A stretch of DNA of 64,000 bases from a virus: the IMG/VR virus record IMGVR_UViG_3300011115_000717, positions 32,001-96,000 of that record; one strand, written 5' to 3'. This document shows positions 58,285 to 64,000 of this stretch, piece after piece (the first letter of the stretch is position 1; every line of letters starts with the position of its first letter). The translations under genes and the position numbers were made by a program. Below the pieces are notes generated by a model. It was not told where the DNA came from and ran no database searches. It was given only the letters and a program-made list of their open reading frames with translations.

Positions 58285-58814
58285 TGAGTAAATATTTAAA
58301 ATACTTTACAGAAACTAATGATCCAGGAAAAGAACCGAGTGTCTATCCAGGGGTAGATACGATTGACAGTGGTATTCCTGGTATGGGTGGATCCAATGTT
58401 TTTACGGATATCGTTGTTCGTAATCCAGCAGGAAAAGGTATTTCACCAACATCAACGACAGTAAAAAAACCTAGCTTTGGATTGGGTTTTGATCTCAGCC
58501 CATCTCTTGCTGTACAGGTTATGAATGTTATGCGTGCCCATGGTGATAAAGAAGCTAAAACTCGACTTGGGTTGAATGGTGATACTAATGATACAGAAAA
58601 CCAATCTGATGAATTTGCTACCTGGCAAGATGTAAATCAGGCTATTGGAAACTACGTCAGAACGAGAGTAAATACTGATCTAAAACCCTATAAATTAGGG
58701 GCAGTTCCACTAAATCCAGTATCTGAATATGATGGTTTAAACACAACAAAAATGGGACTTATTGCTACCAAAAAAACAAAAGCAAAAGTAAAAATTAATC
58801 CTGCTAAATACTAA
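58284..58814 (+). CDS. Hypothetical late protein
   Basis: TAATG coupling; MSKYLKYFTE leader. Confidence 0.6.
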   Translation: MSKYLKYFTETNDPGKEPSVYPGVDTIDSGIPGMGGSNVFTDIVVRNPAGKGISPTSTTVKKPSFGLGFDLSPSLAVQVMNVMRAHGDKEAKTRLGLNGDTNDTENQSDEFATWQDVNQAIGNYVRTRVNTDLKPYKLGAVPLNPVSEYDGLNTTKMGLIATKKTKAKVKINPAKY

Positions 58815-58852
58815 TACTAAAGTACTATAGACTTTACACAAAGGAAAAAATA

Positions 58853-59440
58853 ATGAATTATCTGACACAATATTACAAAAATCGTTGTGACCAACTACAA
58901 GAACAAATTTCACAAATCAATAATGGACTTCGTAATTTATCGGAGTACGCTGTTGCACAAGATATAGGCGTAGCCAAGCCAGGTCAATCCACCGGATCAG
59001 TTTATGGTGGTGGTGGACCTTCCGCTGACGTTATTTCAGACTTCATGAGTCGCTGGGGTCAACCCGGTTATGATGGAGAAGGTCTGGGTCGTTTACTCGG
59101 TAGCATGGTCCAAGGTAACGATCAAACAGGCGAAGCACAAACCTCTGGTGGTAATGGTGTAGGTGCTGCTGCCCAAAGAATTATGGCTGGCAAGAACCCT
59201 GCTAGTATGTCACAAGCTGGTGGCGGAAACGATGTTGATAAGTTCTTTGGTCAAATTGCTTCACAGGGTCAAGGTGGAAATGGTTCCGCATTCAGTGGTG
59301 CAGCTCTTGGTCAAATTCTTGCTGCTCAAGGTGGAGCCGCAGGTCAGGCATATGCAAATCAATTTGCAGCAGGTCAAGCTGGTAAGGGAATTCCACAAAC
59401 CGCTGGATTCCGCCCTGGTGATAAACGCAGACGCGTCTGA
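58853..59440 (+). CDS. Gly/Gln/Ala-rich late protein
   Basis: GCTAAATA and AAGGA upstream; YYKN leader shared with 55747. Confidence 0.7.
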   Translation: MNYLTQYYKNRCDQLQEQISQINNGLRNLSEYAVAQDIGVAKPGQSTGSVYGGGGPSADVISDFMSRWGQPGYDGEGLGRLLGSMVQGNDQTGEAQTSGGNGVGAAAQRIMAGKNPASMSQAGGGNDVDKFFGQIASQGQGGNGSAFSGAALGQILAAQGGAAGQAYANQFAAGQAGKGIPQTAGFRPGDKRRRV

Positions 59441-59626
59441 TCACAAAAACAATTTAGTTTTACTTTTGAAGAGCTCATCAAAAATCTTGGTGAGCTCTTC
59501 TCTTTTTTTGCAACATTGGTTATACTCTTTTAACGTTTCTTTTCCATCAGTTTCAAGCCTACCAAGTTTATACATGACAGAACCAAATTCATAAATTTGT
59601 TCTTCAAGTTCTTTGTTTGACATCAT
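59441..59626 (-). CDS. Small hypothetical protein
   Basis: TGGATT-N16-TATAAT ends 6 nt before ATG 59626. Confidence 0.6.
   Translation of the reverse strand: MMSNKELEEQIYEFGSVMYKLGRLETDGKETLKEYNQCCKKREELTKIFDELFKSKTKLFL
59468..59509 (+). terminator. Intrinsic terminator embedded in the antisense ORF
   Basis: 14-bp stem GAAGAGCTCATCAA/TTGGTGAGCTCTTC followed by TCTTTTTTT. Confidence 0.7.
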
Positions 59627-59677
59627 ATGTGTATTATACCCCAGAATTACCTTTAATCCAACAGAATAAATAGATAT

Positions 59678-61999
59678 ATGAGTGACCATGTTAATAAGAA
59701 TTTTATATCCAGTATAACTGGTAAGCATCTATTGACTGAATCAGATAAACGTTTAATTCTTAAAAAAGAAAAAGAAGCTGCTGAAATTTTACGTCTTCAA
59801 CAAGTAAAACTTCAAGAGGAATCAAATAAACAAAGATTCATAGCAGCTCATTATGAAAAATTAAGAAATCCTTATATTCCATCATTAAATAAAAATTTTG
59901 CAAAATCTTTAAATGCATCTTTAGGAAGGCATTTTTCTAGATTACCTAAGCATCTACATGAACAAGTATCTGATCCTTCAGAGTGGATTCCACACACTAC
60001 TCCTGTTGGGATATTTTATGTAAATAAAACTACTGGTGAATGGATGAATTCTTTTGGTCATGTAGCACACAGTTTAGAAGATTTATTACATGCTACTGGT
60101 GAAGACATGCACTCTGATGTATCTCAAAGATCTACATCATCAGATATTATTCCAGATACAATATTACCAGAACCAACTTCTGCTTTAGATTATGCTGTAT
60201 GGGCAACCACATTTGTAAATAGCCCAACATGGCAAACAGATACTAATTTTGCTGTAGTTCCGATGATTGCATTGAGTGGAAATAATAACAATGGTTTTAG
60301 ATTAGCAAATGAACAAAATGCATCTAGTGTTGATTTGGCTTCATTAGTTGGTCAAATAACATTAGTTCCAGATACTCGTAGAGTTGTAAGTGTTTATTAT
60401 CTGTGGGATGAAATGAGTTCATGGACGATTGATAAACACAATTATTATAAACAAACTGCAGATGGATTTACTTATTCTAATGGTCGATTTTTAAACCCAT
60501 GGACTGATGTTCAATATGAAGATGTAAAACAAGCAGTTGTTTCTGTGTTAAATTATGCAAATACACAGAATGTTAATATTAATTATTTTTGTGATGACCA
60601 TGAAACTACCGATCCTTTATATGGATTACAGGGATACAATACTGGATATGGTTTAGTTAAACCAACTGATTTTGATGTTTCTGGTAACCCAATTCGTAAT
60701 TTTCCATCAAGTGGTGGATGGACTTTAGATGCCAGAATTATTCCAGCTTACATGCATGATCCAAGATTTAATGATTTTATAAACCCACAAAATAATAAAT
60801 CCGTTGCCGAAGCTTTCTTAGATTACTATAAAACATTTACTGTTCAACCTGGTTTGTCTGCAACAGCCGAACAAGTATTACAATTATGGTATGGTATAAC
60901 ACATCCAGGAGATTTTGAAATTGCTGGTCTTGACTATTATAGACAGTTTAGTTTTTTTGGTCCCAGTGGTCCAAAATCCCAAGCTGTAAAAACTGACGAA
61001 ATCTATATTCGTGCTGCCATAGATGGTGCATTACATGAATTGGTAAATGGATATTATTCTACACGAGCGTTTACAGAAGCATTTGCTTCAATTCCTCGTT
61101 TTCAAAATAGTATTTATTCAAATTATGAAAATTATCCAATTGATGAAATCGAAGGGGAATATGCAAGAGACTCCAATGACAATGTATTTTTAAATCCTAC
61201 ATTTACAGCATGTAGTGGAGGCAAAGGTTTTTATGGTAATAATGGTAATATAATATGGAACTCTGGTGATAAAAATTATATATCTGGTTACATATCAAAC
61301 CCAACAACAGACAGAGAACGATATAGTTGGTGTGGACACAATCAACTGACATATACTGGACCTGGTACTCTTGTTCGATATGCTAATGATAATAGTGATC
61401 CATTATGGGGTTCAAAAGTAGCACACAAACAATTTATAGATGATGTAAAATGGGTGCGACATATGTTTAGAACAGATCCATCTTTTTGGCAAACACATAC
61501 ACCGTGGTTTGGTCCAGGGATGGGTTATAGTACAAACAACAGTGGTAGATATTGGTATGAATTTTTCTATCATACAGTTCTCCATGGAGTTTTGTATACC
61601 ATATTATTCCAGTATCCATATAGTGCATTTTATACACTAAGACTTCAAGCTGCATTAGATGCATGGCGTGTAATAAGCAATGATTCAAAAGCTAGAGCAT
61701 GTTCTAATAGTACAGGTGATATAAATTCTGTTGTAGATAGACTTGTATTGGCTGATGCCGTTCAAGGTATTGTGAAAAGTGGTGGAAAATTATTAAAATC
61801 AAATAAGTATCTTTGGAGGTTGACTGCATCACATGCTCATGTTCGTACTAATAATACAATTGTATTCCAACGAGTAGGATCAGATTCTGATATTCCTGCA
61901 CAAGTAATAGTTGACTGTAGCGATCAAATGAATGGATATGGTATGTGGATAAAACGTAATATTTCCACTCCACCACAATACGTCATTGTACCAGAATAA
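59678..61999 (+). CDS. Large hypothetical late protein with aromatic-rich globular domain
   Basis: 773-aa ORF; AATAAATA 5 nt upstream. Confidence 0.7.
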   Translation: MSDHVNKNFISSITGKHLLTESDKRLILKKEKEAAEILRLQQVKLQEESNKQRFIAAHYEKLRNPYIPSLNKNFAKSLNASLGRHFSRLPKHLHEQVSDPSEWIPHTTPVGIFYVNKTTGEWMNSFGHVAHSLEDLLHATGEDMHSDVSQRSTSSDIIPDTILPEPTSALDYAVWATTFVNSPTWQTDTNFAVVPMIALSGNNNNGFRLANEQNASSVDLASLVGQITLVPDTRRVVSVYYLWDEMSSWTIDKHNYYKQTADGFTYSNGRFLNPWTDVQYEDVKQAVVSVLNYANTQNVNINYFCDDHETTDPLYGLQGYNTGYGLVKPTDFDVSGNPIRNFPSSGGWTLDARIIPAYMHDPRFNDFINPQNNKSVAEAFLDYYKTFTVQPGLSATAEQVLQLWYGITHPGDFEIAGLDYYRQFSFFGPSGPKSQAVKTDEIYIRAAIDGALHELVNGYYSTRAFTEAFASIPRFQNSIYSNYENYPIDEIEGEYARDSNDNVFLNPTFTACSGGKGFYGNNGNIIWNSGDKNYISGYISNPTTDRERYSWCGHNQLTYTGPGTLVRYANDNSDPLWGSKVAHKQFIDDVKWVRHMFRTDPSFWQTHTPWFGPGMGYSTNNSGRYWYEFFYHTVLHGVLYTILFQYPYSAFYTLRLQAALDAWRVISNDSKARACSNSTGDINSVVDRLVLADAVQGIVKSGGKLLKSNKYLWRLTASHAHVRTNNTIVFQRVGSDSDIPAQVIVDCSDQMNGYGMWIKRNISTPPQYVIVPE

Positions 62000-62031
62000 A
62001 GTATAACGATAAATAAGAAGGAATCAAAATT

Positions 62032-62289
62032 ATGCTAAAATTTTCTCAGTTTATCAATGAATATGTTCAACCACCAAAGAAGAAAGATACTGCTTCTCAA
62101 CTTGGTTTAGCGATTGAACCAGAAGAAGAAGAAGAATATTCAAATATTGTAAATTCTAATATTGATGATCCTAATACACCAGAAGTAGAAGCACAAACTG
62201 GAGATTTAAGTTGGCAAGATACCAATAAGTCTGTTAGTAATTATGTCGGTAAACAAGTTGCTGATATGAAACGAAAGGCTGGACTATGA
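62032..62289 (+). CDS. Small acidic protein with T4 internal-protein-like leader
   Basis: MLKFSQFINE; GATAAATA and AAGGA upstream. Confidence 0.65.
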   Translation: MLKFSQFINEYVQPPKKKDTASQLGLAIEPEEEEEYSNIVNSNIDDPNTPEVEAQTGDLSWQDTNKSVSNYVGKQVADMKRKAGL

Positions 62290-62807
62290 ACAACGACATT
62301 TACAGTGAATTGGGTTTAGATGCACATTCTTTGTATGAAGGATTAAAAAGAACCTTGCGTCGTTTAAAATCAAACAAAGATGAAGGTGCTCTTGATGCAG
62401 CTGAAAGAGAAGTAAAGCGTCAAGGTCATAGATCCGGAAGAATAAAACATAACAAAGATACTCGTAAAGAATATGAATTTGATAAAGGAATTAAAACATC
62501 TTTACCAAGACATGAACTTAAACGAGAAGAAGAAAGTCTACGGGCTCTTAAATTCAATAGACAAGGAATTGCTCTAGCGGCATATCCAAATATTCCAGGT
62601 GATAGATTTGATCATTTCAATATGTCAGCGAAGTTAGATAGAACTGAATTATCTAAAATGGGTAAAGCTGCTGAAAGCAGAACTACAGCAGCAGCACGAG
62701 CAGAAGATATTTACAACGAACAACCTGTAGTGAAAGCCCAAGATGACAAAGCAAAAAACAATTGGCTTAAAACTATATTAAAGATGAAAGATTTAGGTCT
62801 TGCCTAA
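62286..62807 (+). CDS. Basic hypothetical late protein
   Basis: ATGA coupling to the upstream gene. Confidence 0.6.
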   Translation: MNNDIYSELGLDAHSLYEGLKRTLRRLKSNKDEGALDAAEREVKRQGHRSGRIKHNKDTRKEYEFDKGIKTSLPRHELKREEESLRALKFNRQGIALAAYPNIPGDRFDHFNMSAKLDRTELSKMGKAAESRTTAAARAEDIYNEQPVVKAQDDKAKNNWLKTILKMKDLGLA

Positions 62808-62809
62808 AT

Positions 62810-62977
62810 TTATTCTTCTGTTGCTTTTAATTCTGATACCACATAGCCGACGATTGCGCCAACTGTAGAACCTATAAGAGCACCCATTGTGTTTAGTGTG
62901 TATAGATAACCTAACAGATTAAGTAAGCACAAGAAACCAAACACTAATAAAATTTTTAAAGAGAAAAGACTTTTCAT
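62810..62977 (-). CDS. 55-aa two-TM membrane protein (not in ORF track)
   Basis: MKSLFSLKILLVFGFLCLLNLLGYLYTLNTMGALIGSTVGAIVGYVVSELKATEE; TAATG coupling. Confidence 0.6.
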   Translation of the reverse strand: MKSLFSLKILLVFGFLCLLNLLGYLYTLNTMGALIGSTVGAIVGYVVSELKATEE

Positions 62978-63396
62978 TATTTTGTTTCTTTCATTTTAAT
63001 AAATTCTTCATCACACAGAGTAACTATAGGAATTTGTTTGGAACGAAGTGTTCCATGTTTTCCTGTTATCTGACATACATCATATGATTTATCTTCGTAT
63101 TCCTGAATTATAGCATTAGCCTTGCCCCACAGATCAGCATCTTCTGTGAGAAAACTACAATAGAATCGAAGACCACCAAACTTTTCTTTGATTTGATCAA
63201 TAGTGATACCAATCATATAGTCTTCTTCATTGGGTGGATGATTGGCATATGACTCAACAAGCAGAGGAGTCAATTTAGAACATAGTTCATCAACAAGATT
63301 CACCCAACCATCAGGAAGATCAGAGTATGCTGCTTCTGACATATTAGCAAACACAAGTGGATGCTTCTCTGCAAGTTTTTTAATATTATCACTCAT
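62977..63396 (-). CDS. Conserved phage hypothetical protein
   Basis: DGWVNLV, QIKEKFGGLRFY, CQITGKHG..TLC motifs. Confidence 0.7.
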   Translation of the reverse strand: MSDNIKKLAEKHPLVFANMSEAAYSDLPDGWVNLVDELCSKLTPLLVESYANHPPNEEDYMIGITIDQIKEKFGGLRFYCSFLTEDADLWGKANAIIQEYEDKSYDVCQITGKHGTLRSKQIPIVTLCDEEFIKMKETK

Positions 63397-63574
63397 CAAT
63401 GCCTTTACCCCATCCTGTTCCATGTTTATAATGATTAATGATATCTTCTGTATACTTGCCAGTGGCTTTTAATACTCGAATTTCTTCAGCAGCATCACGA
63501 CAAATATCGTAAACCTCTTGATTTACTGTGCGCCATTTATCCGCCATATTTCTTAGTCGTGTTTCTATATCCAT
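63389..63574 (-). CDS. Small hypothetical protein
   Basis: MDIETRLR...DAAEEIRVLK. Confidence 0.6.
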   Translation of the reverse strand: MDIETRLRNMADKWRTVNQEVYDICRDAAEEIRVLKATGKYTEDIINHYKHGTGWGKGIDE

Positions 63575-63575
63575 T

Positions 63576-63683
63576 TTAATTATCCGTTGGTAGTAGCATA
63601 AGACATAGTATGTATACAGTAAATCCAACAGCAACCAATACATCTATACTTAAAATAATTATTCCGATTGTTGTGTTACTCAT
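63576..63683 (-). CDS. Possible 35-aa single-TM protein
   Basis: MSNTTIGIIILSIDVLVAVGFTVYILCLMLLPTDN fills the gap after tRNA-Glu. Confidence 0.4.
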   Translation of the reverse strand: MSNTTIGIIILSIDVLVAVGFTVYILCLMLLPTDN

Positions 63684-63687
63684 TCAG

Positions 63688-63762
63688 TGATCCTTACGGG
63701 ATTTGAACCCGTGTTATAGCCTTGAAAGGGCTGTGTCCTTGACCGGGCTAGACGAAAGGACC
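63688..63762 (-). tRNA. tRNA-Glu(TTC), CCA not encoded
   Basis: GGTCCTT/AAGGATC acceptor stem, AGCC-CTTTCAA-GGCT anticodon arm, ACGGG-TTCAAAT-CCCGT T-arm. Confidence 0.92.
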
Positions 63763-63764
63763 AA

Positions 63765-63998
63765 TTAGCTATTCATTTGTCTATTATATTGTTTTTGATA
63801 CTGTTTATTTATTCTCATCATATCATCAACTTGATTACGTGTCAACTTAGTTATATCTTGATTAAATATTTGTTTTACATCATCAGGCATAATAGCAAAA
63901 TGTGGAGGATCAGGAAAATCTTTAGGATTAGCAGGAGTTTGAAACTCTCGTCTATCTTTAAAGTCTTTCCAAACTTTTCCTTTTCGTACAGATCTATA
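63765..63998 (-). CDS. 3' end of an ORF truncated by the window edge
   Basis: Open frame ...YRSVRKGKVWKDF...RQMNS* ending just before tRNA-Glu. Confidence 0.45.
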   Translation of the reverse strand, partial: YRSVRKGKVWKDFKDRREFQTPANPKDFPDPPHFAIMPDDVKQIFNQDITKLTRNQVDDMMRINKQYQKQYNRQMNS

Positions 63999-64000
63999 TC

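Noticed and set aside
1-64000. CRISPR array suggested by the Cas4-like nuclease
   Set aside because: No regularly spaced direct repeats seen; solo Cas4-like exonucleases are common in T4-like phages
1-64000. Stop-codon reassignment
   Set aside because: Core genes are full length in code 11; TAA, TGA and TAG all end genes; no suppressor tRNA seen

Overview
A 64-kb segment of a large T4-like (Tevenvirinae/Kyanoviridae-like) myophage genome in the standard genetic code; the host cannot be determined from this window. Layout: (1) 1-12.8 kb, a very AT-rich 15-gene glycan island (GT25, GT11, GT2/GT7, two GT4, GT8-like, GT6, two FkbM methyltransferases, a sugar C-methyltransferase, gmd and a gmd-like paralog missing the catalytic Glu). 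(2) 12.8-39.2 kb, the T4 core module gp55-47-46-45-44-62-regA ... gp43-uvsX-41-61-thyX-nrdJ. A ~10.7-kb insert between regA and gp43 carries a GT2-TPR, collagen and fibre genes, dUTPase, a reverse-strand lysis-like cassette and a DUF1599 gene. (3) 39.2-64 kb, tRNA-Asn/Tyr/Glu, several nucleases and many late genes whose products start with T4 internal-protein-like targeting leaders. The most notable item is a circularly permuted, two-piece tmRNA gene (minus strand, about 53317-53613) directly behind tRNA-Tyr. It has a G3-U70 alanine acceptor stem, a T-arm, a pk1-like pseudoknot and a predicted tag ANQLAMAA. All calls come from motif recognition by eye; no database searches were run.
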